A stretch of 63,642 bases of DNA, the filler included, from Collodictyon triciliatum (Eukaryota), in the NCBI GenBank assembly GCA_043381765.1. It is 7 parts of 7 records of this genome, joined end to end, with 100 filler letters (N's around TTAATTAATTAA, not from the genome) between each part and the next. Parts side by side here need not be neighbours in the genome. Positions count along the whole stretch, not along the records: positions 1 to 9,006 come from JBHJMP010000632.1; positions 9,107 to 15,297 come from JBHJMP010000633.1; positions 15,398 to 34,246 come from JBHJMP010000634.1; 4 more parts are not named here. The stretch is one strand, 5' to 3'. The notes beneath the pieces are model-generated. The model made no database searches, was not told where the DNA came from, and saw nothing but the letters and a program-made list of their open reading frames with translations. A program made the position numbers and the translations under genes. Shown one piece after another: positions 1-20,038 of this stretch; the stretch's first letter is position 1, and the number at the start of each line of letters is the position of its first letter.

Positions 1-76
<76 letters not shown>
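1..76. repeat. (TC)n microsatellite
   Basis: Direct read; upstream of the first gene. Confidence 0.95.
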
Positions 77-81
<5 letters not shown>

Positions 82-302
82 GGCCTCGGCAAATACTGCG
101 ACCAATGCCATCCTTTTTCCTGTGGGGAGAGTGCAAAGACAAGAACCCAATATACGCAAAGAAGCCGCGCACCTGATCGCTGTGCCTCTGCAAACAACGC
201 TCTCTTTTCCCTTCCAGCCTTTGCCCACACTCAGCTCCGGCCCACGCACACCACTTAGCCGACCAAAGGCAAATAAGGACAAGAGGCGAAAAGACTCTGC
301 GA

Positions 303-8685
<8,383 letters not shown>

Positions 8686-8916
8686 ACTGATGCCAGGCTC
8701 TTATGTAAATATCATGGCCTCCTGGACGAGGAACCTCCAACACATTTGCAATTAATCCAGAATCAATCCCATTTGCTCCAACCACCAAATAACTCTCACT
8801 CACTCACCCACTCACTTTTTTTTTGGCATAAATTCAAATGACATGCATTTGATAAATTACTGGGTATTTCAAATTGCCATTTATTTGTAAAACCGCATGT
8901 TGATTGTTGTGTGTGT

Positions 8917-8947
<31 letters not shown>

Positions 8948-9006
8948 GGGGGGGGTTTTTTCGATAAGTTATAGTTTGAGGCAGATTGGTTTGCACCAGC
9001 ACATTT

Positions 9007-9106
9007 NNNNNNNNNNNNNNNNNNNNNNNNNNNNNNNNNNNNNNNNNNNNTTAATTAATTAANNNNNNNNNNNNNNNNNNNNNNNNNNNNNNNNNNNNNN
9101 NNNNNN
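9007..9106. other. Artificial contig-join spacer (44 N + TTAATTAATTAA + 44 N)
   Basis: The same 100-nt block recurs at 15298-15397, 34247-34346, 43113-43212, 50421-50520 and 58576-58675. The 12-mer places stop codons in all six frames. Confidence 0.97.
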
Positions 9107-9301
9107 GAGAAAAAAGAGAAAAAAGAGAAAAAAGAGAAAAAAGAGAAAAAAGAGAAAAAAGAGAAAAAAGAGAAAAAAGAGAAAAGAGAAAAGAGAAAAG
9201 AGAAAAGAGAAAAGAGAAAAGAGAATAAAAGAAAAGAAAAGCTCGACTAATACTTAAATGAGTTATCAGACAAAATTGGCAGCCTTTGGAATGAGCCTTA
9301 C

Positions 9302-12300
9302 TAATGCTTCCATCAGCTGTTTGTTTCTCTCCTCCAGTTTATTGAGGAGCTCGGCCTATTTTTCAGAAAATGTACAAATTTACAGAACCACTCAAATAGT
9401 TTCCTTATTTTTTAATACTTTTTTTTTGAAAGACACATGATTCCTGCACGTGAACCTCGTGAAACAAACATACAAACAAACACCAACCTGTGCTATGTTT
9501 TTCTCCTTCTGAGCTACCAACGCGCTTTCTACTTCGGAGGTCTTCTTTCTTGCCAGGCTTTCCAATTGCTGGGATTTGTGTTTCTGGAATGGAAGGCGAT
9601 GAATAATTAATCGGCAATATAGTTAAATTAAATATACAAAACAAAACAAAACAAAACAAAAGCAAATAGCAAATAATCACATGTCTTAGTTAACAACGGT
9701 AATTTATTTTTTTTTTGGAATATGTTTTAAAATACATCTGCCACGACGTTGATAAGTGTATCTTCTTTTGCATTCAAAAGCTTCAGAAGGTCGGAAATTC
9801 GGGTCTATCTCGTCAGTGTACAAGTGATTGAATAAATAGATAAGAAGGAAGTGAATATGCTTCATTCATCTTTTCTGCACCGCATCATGTCGTTAAACAC
9901 TTCGATGCTCAGTTCTTGACAGATACAAACATACTTTTATGATGACTTTGGAGCAAAAAATAAAAAAAGGGAAAAAAAAAAGTAAAATTAAGACATAATA
10001 CACAGGAAATACAAACTTCTAAGGTCTTATTTGATTTGTCATACTGGTCCAGTTCCTCAGAGTATATTGCTGACTCCTAAGAAAAATAAAATAGATAAAC
10101 ATCAAAACTTAATGCAAATCCAAATAATCTCTGAACGGAGCCGCATACCCCTGTGCATTTATTTTAATCCCTTATTTCAATTTAACTTATGGAACCTCTT
10201 TTATCGATGCAAGTTCTGTTTCCAATCCAGCAACTTGAATTTTAAGTTGAATTACATTTGCTTGTGATTCCTAATGCATCAATAGTTTAAAATGATGACT
10301 CTAACACAATTTTTTTCCCGGGGCATGGTTAATATGCAAATCGTAAGAATTTATCAATACAGTTATAATTCTAGTGAAATGAGAAATACTGGTGGGTGAT
10401 TTGAAACAATATTATCTAATACTTTGCCCATTTCTACAGTTTCACATTCCTCCATTTTCTCAGTTTGGTCTCCATCGGGCTGTTTTGGTTATACATGATG
10501 GCCGTGAGCATACCAAGATGAGATACGTACATAGGATGATTGACATAGTGATAGACTTCATCCAGAAAACAGAAAACAGAAAACAGAAAACAGAAAACAG
10601 AAAACAGAAAACAGAAAACAGAAAACAGAAAACAGAAAACAGAAAACAGAAAACAGAAAACAGAGAACAAAAAACAAAAAGAAAAGAAAATAAGCAAAAG
10701 GTAGTTGATTACCTGAGGTTCTTTGAGAGTCTCCACAGGGTTTACTTCGGCTTTTAAATCACTGAAACTTTACAGTTAGAGTATTAGCAACATAACATAC
10801 TGCATTGCGTATTATTTTTTTATATCAGATAAGTTGCATCTTGTCTAACAGGAAGTATCACACCAGAAAAAATATTATTTTCAAAAAACGATTTGACGTA
10901 CAATGAAAATCCCTCAGTATAAAAGAATTATGACAATAAAAAAATAGCATACCTAATCATTTCTTTTAATTTTTCAACTTCCCGGTCTTTCTCGATAATA
11001 ATGCTTTCATACTTCATAACATCAGCTTTAAATATGGAATATTTTAAAAAAGAAAGCACATATTGCGCCCACAAAAAGCTAGGAGAATACTTGTGAAAAG
11101 TTTATCGAAAATTCAATTATTTATCCTTTTTTTTTAAATATATATATATATCGGAACCGTACCCTTGTGCTTTTCAACCTCCGAGGTGAATGCTTTTCTG
11201 GCCTATTAATAGAAATTAAATCAACCAGCAATCGTATCATAAAATATTCTGAAATCAGATTATATCATTAATGTGAGAATTTTCCACAATACGCAACAGC
11301 AAAGTTGTTAAAAAATCAGAAAAAATATCACACTTGCGATCGAACTTCGGATAAGCTTGTGGATAAGATGGGCAAAACTTGCTGAAGCTCGCCAAGAACA
11401 TCCAATCTTTTTGTATTTATCGAGATATATTGCTTTAGCCACATGGTCATCAATCAGATAAAGCAGCGTTATGAATCCGCGTGTTCGGCGAGTCGCCCGT
11501 AAACAAATAAGGTTATGCTAATTGAAAGGTATTTCATTTTGTTTGAATTACCTGAGTTGGTCTATGTTTGTTAGCTTAGCCTCAGAGACCTTTGCCATCG
11601 AAATGAGATGATTAGTTGATTTTTTTTTTTAAAAAAAAATCTAGAGTTATTCCAAGCCGTATGATATCAAGAAGCTTACAATAGGTGAATAGGAAAAAAA
11701 AATAAATAGAAAGTTCCATGAAATATTGTTTCAAAAATATACCTCTTTTTCATATTTTGTTTTCAATTCCTCTAAAGTTGCATTTGCTTGCGCCAGTTTT
11801 TGTTCTGTCTCTGAAGATACTGTATCTCTTTGTTTCTAGAGCGCATACAGAGTTATTTAAATACACAAATGTGATAAAAGTCAGACAATCAAAAAAAAAA
11901 AAAAAAAAAAAAAACACCAACTAGAATTTCAAGAATAGCAGGACATACTAAAGCCACTCTTAAAAACTCTTGCGTGCTGATTAATCTCAAGTTTAGTTCA
12001 TCACAAATGTTTCGGTGTTGCCGATTTGTGTCTTCCAATGACTTTGCGAGTGACTAATTTAAATATTATCAAACTCGTGAAAAGAAGAAGAAAAAAAGTG
12101 GCAGCAAATACCGCTTTTTCTCTATCCACAATGAATTTTGTGGCTTTAAAGATTTGGAAAATTTATCTGAATCGGTGTATACCTCGGCCCTGTAAAGTAG
12201 TTTCTGGAAAAGAGGAAAACTTCTTATTCGCTCTTCACTGATGTTTTGAGCCTAAAATCAAAGATAAATTGATTAAAAACTTAATGGTTCTCCATTTCCG

Positions 12301-12856
12301 ATTTTTTTTTTCCATGGTCCAATCCTTTTGGCCTTTGTTAATTTCATCAACGACTATACAATCAATTGAAAAAACCCAGTCATCTCAAAAATAATTTTAA
12401 GTGAAACACTGATACATGAAATACTTTTTATCCATTAATTGATTTGCAAACTTCATCCTGTTTCTTTGTCAGAGTCTCTGTAAGCTTTTCATTTTTTTCC
12501 TGTGCCTGCTGCAGCTGCTTTTGCAAACATGCAATAACAGCCTCCAATTCAGAGTCTTCGCTTCTTTCCAACACATCCTCCTTCTCTTCATCTTTCTCCT
12601 TTGCCTGGTCACCGTTTCTCTCTTTCGACTCTGGTGGCGTGGGCTCTGCAATAATTTCCATCTTGACCTACGAAGCATTGAACGAATGTAAAATGGCATG
12701 AATAAATAACTGCATATGAGCACACTCTAACTGTCAGAGAGGCTACCTCAGAGTCTTCTTTCTTCTGAGCCGCAGCTGCCGATAGAATTTCTGGATTTTC
12801 TATATTATATTTTTGACGTTGAAGCTGGTGCTCGACGAGCCGAAGTTTGTCATTTC

Positions 12857-12950
<94 letters not shown>

Positions 12951-13089
12951 NNNNNNNNNNNNNNNNNNNNNNNNNNNNNNNNNNNNNNNNNNNNNNNNNN
13001 NNNNNNNNNTAATAATAATGATAATAATAATGATAATAATAATGATAATAATAATGATAATAATAATAATAATAATGATAATAATAATG

Positions 13090-13185
<96 letters not shown>

Positions 13186-14318
13186 TAATGCAAACAAAGA
13201 AGAAAAAAGGAGGTCAATCAGGTCTACTCTGCCGGAATTACACATATATGTAAATTGTTTAGATTTCTTTTAATAATGGTATCTCTTTTGATGGTTCTGT
13301 CCTTCGACTTCTTAAAAAAACTTTGATTCAAATTCTAAAGTTCTCTGTTTTTTTTTTTAAATTTAATATCACTCGTCTCTCCAAATTGCAATATCTATTT
13401 TGAACAAAACAACGACGATAATATGAATAAATGGTTCATGTAGGTATAGGTAATGACATTTTAGCCAATTCCTCCTGTAGCCGCTGCTTGTTGAGTTCTG
13501 CATGAGCTAATTCATTCTAAAACACCGTAATATATTACTACGATTGAAGCACATCATGTTTTTTTTCAAGGCCATTCTGTGTTTTTTTCCCAAACATCAT
13601 CTTTGTTAAAAGAAAAATAAACAAAACAAAATAAAGTACTGATTTTTCTCTCAATCTTGACTCGATTTCTCGGATGTGCTTCTCTCTGTTCTTTGCATTT
13701 GCTTCTAAAGAATCCAGCGCTTTTTCCAAAGGTAATGTCGACTGGTTCGATGATGACTCTAAAGTAAAAATCAATATAATTTAATCTTTCAATGAAAGGT
13801 CACACAAATTAAGGGAACTATAGGGCCTTTTTTATCATCAGTTCATAGCATATATGTAAAAAGCAACAGGCTTTAACAGCTATACATATTCATGTCCTGG
13901 TGACAACTTTTATTCGCTACGACTTTTTCAATATTTTGACAGAATTCAACCTGTCCAAAAAATAAAAATAAAAATAAAAATAAAAATAAAAATAAAAATA
14001 AAAATAAAAATAAAAATAAAAATAAAAAGAGAATGTAAAATGAAATAAAAGTAACCACATCTCCCTTCAGCAGATGCTTTTTTCCACATCGATCTTTCAC
14101 GCTCGACTGCACCAGAGAGCACTGTTAAACACTTTGTCAGAAACGCCTTTCGATCAGCAACGATGTCAAAATGTTCTTTTGTGCTTAATATCGGCGCTGA
14201 GCCCGTTAATATGTGCTGAATATAGGTGTCAAGAGAGGCTTTTTCTCCTGGTAAAAAATTAATATTTAGTATCAAAATTCAGGATATCAAAAAAAAAAAA
14301 AAAAAGAGAAAAAAAAAG

Positions 14319-14394
<76 letters not shown>

Positions 14395-15097
14395 ANNNNN
14401 NNNNNNNNNNNNNNNNNNNNNNNNNNNNNNNNNNNNNNNNNNNNNNNNNNNNNNNNNNNNNNNNNNNNNNNNNNNNNNNNNNNNNNNNNNNNNNNAAGAA
14501 AAGAAAAAAGAAAAGAAAAAAGAAAAGAAAAAAGAAAAGAAAAAAGAAAAGAAAAAAGAAAAGAAAAAAGAAAAGAAAAAAGAAAAGAAAAAAAAGAAAA
14601 GATAAGAAAAGAAAAGATAAGAAAAGAAAAGAAAAGAGTATGCATGAAAAATGATGCCTGTAGATTTCTTTGGTATAGATTCCCGTATATCCGTCACAGC
14701 TGGCCCGTCGATGAGTGATGTCATGTGAAGCAAACTCGAGAAAAACTACAGTTGAGTTATTTACATTTTTGACATGTGACTTTGATGTTACATTCTCCTT
14801 GCCAATATCGCGCGAGAAAGTAAGTCGATTGATAGGAGTGACTAAATACCATCATTTCACTACATATCATTCTTTGTTTATTTCATCCTTGGTAGTTATT
14901 TTGTCATTATTATTATTTCACTGTGGACATACATGATTCCATATCTCTCCCACTTGTCTGATGTATGACTCGTACTTTTCGCACTGTGTGTTCAACTCTT
15001 TGACGCGATCGTCACTTTTCTGCGTTTCATTCCGTGCTCGTTGAAGGGCGAGAGTCAGTCCACGCTTTTGTACCCGTAGAATTGTAACTAACTCGTG
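9302..15097 (-). CDS. BRE1: BRE1/RNF20-RNF40/HUB-like histone H2B E3 ligase, coiled-coil portion; partial at both ends, RING not visible
   Basis: The first visible exon HELVTILRVQKRGLTLALQRARNETQKSDDRVKELNTQCEKYESYIRQVGEIWNH resembles the BRE1 N-terminal block. Late exons splice to ESAIYSEELDQYDKSNKTLE|TRISDLLKLLNAKEDTLINVVAD|QLESLARKK...|AELLNKLEERNKQLMEAL, matching the pre-RING coiled-coil pattern of RNF20 as recalled. Bounded by assembly spacers on both sides. Confidence 0.6.
10565..10663. repeat. Intronic (AAAACAG)n heptamer repeat
   Basis: Direct read; source of the spurious KTENRKQ ORF. Confidence 0.9.
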
Positions 15098-15397
15098 CTA
15101 CAGTATGATGTAGATCAACTTCTGTACATGCATTTATAATAAAAAAAATGAAATAAAAGAAAGAGAAACAGACAGAGAAAAGGAACAAAAGAGAGAAAAG
15201 AGAGAATAAAGAGAGAGAATAAAGAGAGAGAATAAAGAGAGAGAATAAAGAGAGAGAATAAAGAGAGAGAATAAAGAGAGAGAATAAAGAGAGAGAANNN
15301 NNNNNNNNNNNNNNNNNNNNNNNNNNNNNNNNNNNNNNNNNTTAATTAATTAANNNNNNNNNNNNNNNNNNNNNNNNNNNNNNNNNNNNNNNNNNNN

Positions 15398-16141
15398 AGC
15401 AAGTTTTTCGAGACAATTCCTTATCCTTTCGATGCAACATTCTAGTGTTTGCCCGCGCACTTGATTCAAAGTCATCACAATTGATTCTATTTCTATAGAG
15501 TCTCCTTTGATTCCCAGCAATCTTTTTCTTATATCGTAGCTTTTAAGGAGCACTGTGTAAGGAGAATTTTGAGGAATGTTTCTTAAAATCGTTTGGTTTT
15601 TGGACAGCTCTTTAGAAATCTCAACCAAGCTGATATCATTCTCGCTACTATCTGTCTTTTCTTTTCCATCTTTTCTTTTTTGTTTCTTTGGTTTTGTATG
15701 ATGTACGACATCTTTCCTCAATTTCTCGACTGAGACCTGTTCTCTCAACAGATACTGTTTTTGTGAATACAACAAGGTCTCATGCTTAGCGATTCGGCCG
15801 TACCTTTTTACTTTTTTTAATGGAACCTGACAACCCGGGCACCGCAGAACCGGATAATCATGTAATGCGGAAACTTCCTTGATTGCTACCCAGCTCTGGC
15901 CGTCATGCTCATAAAAGTTACCGATGCCAAAGGTCATGTCGAAAGAATCAACAGTGTACAAATGTCCACAGTCTAAAACCAAAATCCTGCTTTCATCCAA
16001 ACTCACTTCTTTGTATTCCTGTCCTCCAATCATGTCAATCACATCTTTTTTGGGAATTCCGCATCCTTGACACAACCGATGGTGATGAGCGCTGAGTGTT
16101 CTGTGGAAGTTCCTTGCCAGCATCATTTCGTCCTGTGGCAT
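15398..16141 (-). CDS. ZNFX1 C-terminal-like degenerate RING protein, 3' partial
   Basis: Uninterrupted ORF from ATG 16141 running into a gap: CQGC...VIDMIGGQEYKEVSLDESRILVLDCGHLYTVDSFD...CPGCQVPLKKVKRYGRIAK. This is the motif string I recall following the NFX1 zinc fingers in ZNFX1-like helicases. Confidence 0.65.
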
Positions 16142-17080
16142 TTTTTCTGTATTTTTTGTAATGATATCAATATATACATAATATTAAGTATATATTGATA
16201 TCTTGTAATTTATTTTGTAGTTTTGAAACACAGAATAGTTTTTATGTTTCTATGTTCTGGGACATGGCAATATAAAAAAATGACGTGAAAAAAAACAGGA
16301 CGCAAAACAAGGCACAGACATAAAACAAAGCATATAAAATATCCATTGCTTGATATATGACACATAAGAGAGAGAAAAAACCGCTACTGTGGTAGGCGTG
16401 GTGCTCTTTCGTGATGGACACAGTCGAGCTTGCTTTGATTCCAGAGGACGAGGTATTTGCGTTGCCCCAACATATTGCAATTTTATTCCATGCTTTCCAA
16501 ACTCAATACATATATGACGAATAGAAAAAAAAAATAACGATAATAGAAAGAACAACAACAGTTGGGTTGAAGCAATAACCACATTGCAGCTCTCTATTCC
16601 GGCCAGCAAAACACCGCAAACGAACCCCTGTGACGGGAATAGCTCTAGTATAGTGGGTCTTGCAAAGTCACAAGAAGAACCGTCGTTTCTTGCAGATACC
16701 CATTTGAGGGTTTTGAATCCTTCGTCTTCATCGTTTTTTACGCAGAGAAAGTTGGTTTGCAGCTCAAATGCTGTTACAGAAGGGTGGTTTAGACCCTCTG
16801 TTGTCGATGATGCTCTGCTTTCAAAGTTTACCGCTCTCAGTGTGCAAGGTTGCCTATCCTTGGTTATAATTATTTTTTGTTTCCTTTGTTTTTAAATCTA
16901 TCATGCTCATCAATTCTCTTTTTTTTTTCCGAATATTATCATGTAATTCCACTTTATTTGTATTGTACGCAACGTTGAGTTCATTTATATACGAGGATTA
17001 AGGCTGGTTACTTTATTTTGCAATAAAAAAACGCAGAACCCCGAAGGCCATTAGTTTTCGACGAAGCAAATAGTATTCAA

Positions 17081-18463
17081 ATGGCGCCTAGAGCGAGTTC
17101 AAATATTATAGAAAAAGAAAGCACTTCGAATTTGCAAGAAGAAAAGCACCAGTCGCCTGATAATTTGGATTTCGATAAGTAGATACCCTCAATCTACATC
17201 TTTAAATCAAGTAACTATGTTCAGATACGAAAATCGTATGCTTAGTTTTTTTTTTTCAATAAAAAGGTGTATCGATCCAAACTGTAATCTTGCAAGTGTA
17301 GAGTTTGCCGAGGATATTCACTCGCATACTTCTAATATGACTGTATTTTTTCGTTTTTAATATAAAAATCCACTCTTGTGCATCGTATGGATGGTCAGCC
17401 ATCTTATTTTCCAAAAACTGAAGCTATTAAACCGCACTTGCAATTATATATTTTTCAGAACTCAGAAGATGCCCCCGTAGCAAATATACCCGAGCTCCCT
17501 TTTGATACTCATCTGGAGCCTGTTTCTAAGTTTTTCATGGATCAAATCGTGGAAAAGCTGAGAAAATCATCGCCCAGTGAAATCATGGCCACGGTATTCT
17601 TTTGGCATGGCATTTGCAACATGCATGATTTTATCTATCACAACTTCCTCGATAAATCTGTTATTTTTTTTAAAAGAATAAAGAGGCCAACTGTTCCATT
17701 ACGCTGGGCAGCTTGAGGACTCTTCAAAACAAAACATGGCTGAATGACGAGGTTCGTTTTTTGCAGAGATACAGTCTCTTTCTTCCTTTTCCTTTTTTTT
17801 ATTATTGAATTGAATATCACACCAAAATTACCCCGGATATTTGTCATATCTGACTAAAATTGTTTGTTATATTATAAAAATGCAAAATAAAAAGGTCATC
17901 AACTATTATATGTCCCTGATTGCGGGCCGAAGTCAAAGCCCCGCAGAAAATCTTCCAAAAGTTCATTTTGTGAATACCTTTTTTTACACACGCCTCATGC
18001 AACGAGGATATAATTACTCTAGTGTGTGCAGATGGACTAAAAAGGTTTCTACGAATGAAAATAACACGCATAGTCCCGCCCTGATGTTGCAATATCTATT
18101 CGTTTAGTTTTTGAATAAGTAAAGTAAAGAGAATTAAAGAAAAACAGCAGTTCACATGAAAGTGATGCAATATTTCTCTCAATATAAGATTTTTTGTTAC
18201 AAAGTTGGATTTAATATTGTATGGTATAGATCAATCTAGCTGATACTGATATTCTGCTTATTCCAATACATGAGGGAAACCATTGGTTCGATTTAAGTGA
18301 TTTCTGGCATTTGCCGACATATTTCTTGTTGTTATCCTATATTCGTGCAAACCAAAATCCTGTGTCACGATGGCCTTATTCACATTCGTCTGGTTGTAGA
18401 CAAGCTGTTGTTCTCTGATTTATTGTCTTCAATGATATCGTTTTGTTTTTTTGTTTTTTTTTT

Positions 18464-18526
<63 letters not shown>

Positions 18527-18759
18527 TTTTTTTGCTTCATGAATTGACGATGTTATGTCTCTACACATCACTTTTCTCTAGGTCACTTGTTGCTGTTGAT
18601 ATGAAAGTAGTGACAATAACTCTTTATGACTCTCTTGGGGCAAAAAGCCTTGCAAAAGCGCAGGTGTAATCCTAGACTTTGATATATACACCCGTTTTGT
18701 TTTGTTTTTTGTTTGTTTTTGTTTTTTTTTTTTTTTTTTCTTTTTTTTTTTTTTTTTGT

Positions 18760-18833
<74 letters not shown>

Positions 18834-19502
18834 CATTCCTCTGCTTTGTACATCTTAAATTGTTATTTTTTCTTCAAAAAAAGGACATAAAAAGGTTTAT
18901 GATGGACGAAATGAAATCGAGGGGAATCACGCAGGAGCAAGAATGGTTCGAATGTTCTTTTATTGGTGTCTTAGATGTTTAATATTTAAATACTTCTACG
19001 TTGGGCATCAAAATCCTTTTTATTTTGGTGCATTCTATCTTATCTTGTCTCTTTCTTCTTAATTTCTGTTTCAGAGATGCATAATTCAATTTATTTATTT
19101 TTTTAAAAGTATGTGTATATTTCTACAGGAAATCGAAGATATGTGATGATGCGCCAATGCAGGAAAATTTGTGCGATTGTGGGGTTTTTGTGTGCAAGTA
19201 CGCCGAGAGGCTTTCTATTCGCGCTTCATTCGATTTTGGCCAAGTAAAACATCCCAACAAAATTGTGATAATGATTATAATGACTGCATTGCGCATAGTG
19301 GGTTGTGCTTGCGACCAAACGCAAATATTTCTTGATGAAATCATTAAGTAGATATATAATACATACATGCTTCGATTGATGGCATTCAGCATTCAAAAGG
19401 CAGCATCTAAGCTCTCTTTTACAGGTGAACATGAAAGGCATCAGATTGTGGATGATATATGAGATTATCTCGAATAGATTGCTGAATCCTAAGCAGCAGT
19501 GA
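17081..19502 (+). CDS. Ulp1/SENP-family SUMO protease (peptidase C48), 10 exons
   Basis: Spliced product has WLNDE|VINYYM, VHFVNTFFY, VCRWTKK, IPIHEGNHW|SL (catalytic His), YDSLG (Asp), PMQENLCDCGVFVC (Gln/Cys), and ends RLWMIYEIISNRLLNPKQQ*. All nine introns are GT-AG and phase-compatible. Confidence 0.93.
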
Positions 19503-20038
19503 TTGTTGAAAAGAAAAACGTGTGTTCCATAAAACTGGTTCAATATCTCATTCGCTGTTCGTTAATGATAATTGTTGCGTTTCAAAACATGAAAATATAG
19601 ACTATTATTATTATCATTATTATCATTATTATCATTATTATCATTATTATCATTATTATTATCATTATTATTATCATTATTATTATCATTATTATTATCA
19701 TTATTATTATCATTATTATTATCATTATTATTATCATTATTATTANNNNNNNNNNNNNNNNNNNNNNNNNNNNNNNNNNNNNNNNNNNNNNNNNNNNNNN
19801 NNNNNNNNNNNNNNNNNNNNNNNNNNNNNNNNNNNNNNNNNNNNNAAAAACAAATAACAAAAAAACAAATAACAAAAAAACAAATAACAAAAAAACAAAT
19901 AACAAAAAAACAAATAACAAAAAAACAAATAACAAAAAAACAAAAAAACAAAAAACATAAAAACCAAAGAAACCAAAGAAACCAAAAAACAATAAACAAA
20001 AAACAAAAACCATTTTTATTTCCTTTTTCGCAAGCGGC

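Noticed and set aside
16250..16895. Long open frames on both strands between the RING-like ORF and SENP
   Set aside because: No recognisable domain, no ATG start, and no phase-compatible direct splice to the ORF at 16141; more likely UTR or promoter sequence.
9302..19502. Apparent ubiquitin/SUMO cluster (BRE1-like, RING-like, SENP)
   Set aside because: A synthetic spacer separates BRE1 from the other two, and these gene classes are common enough to neighbour by chance.
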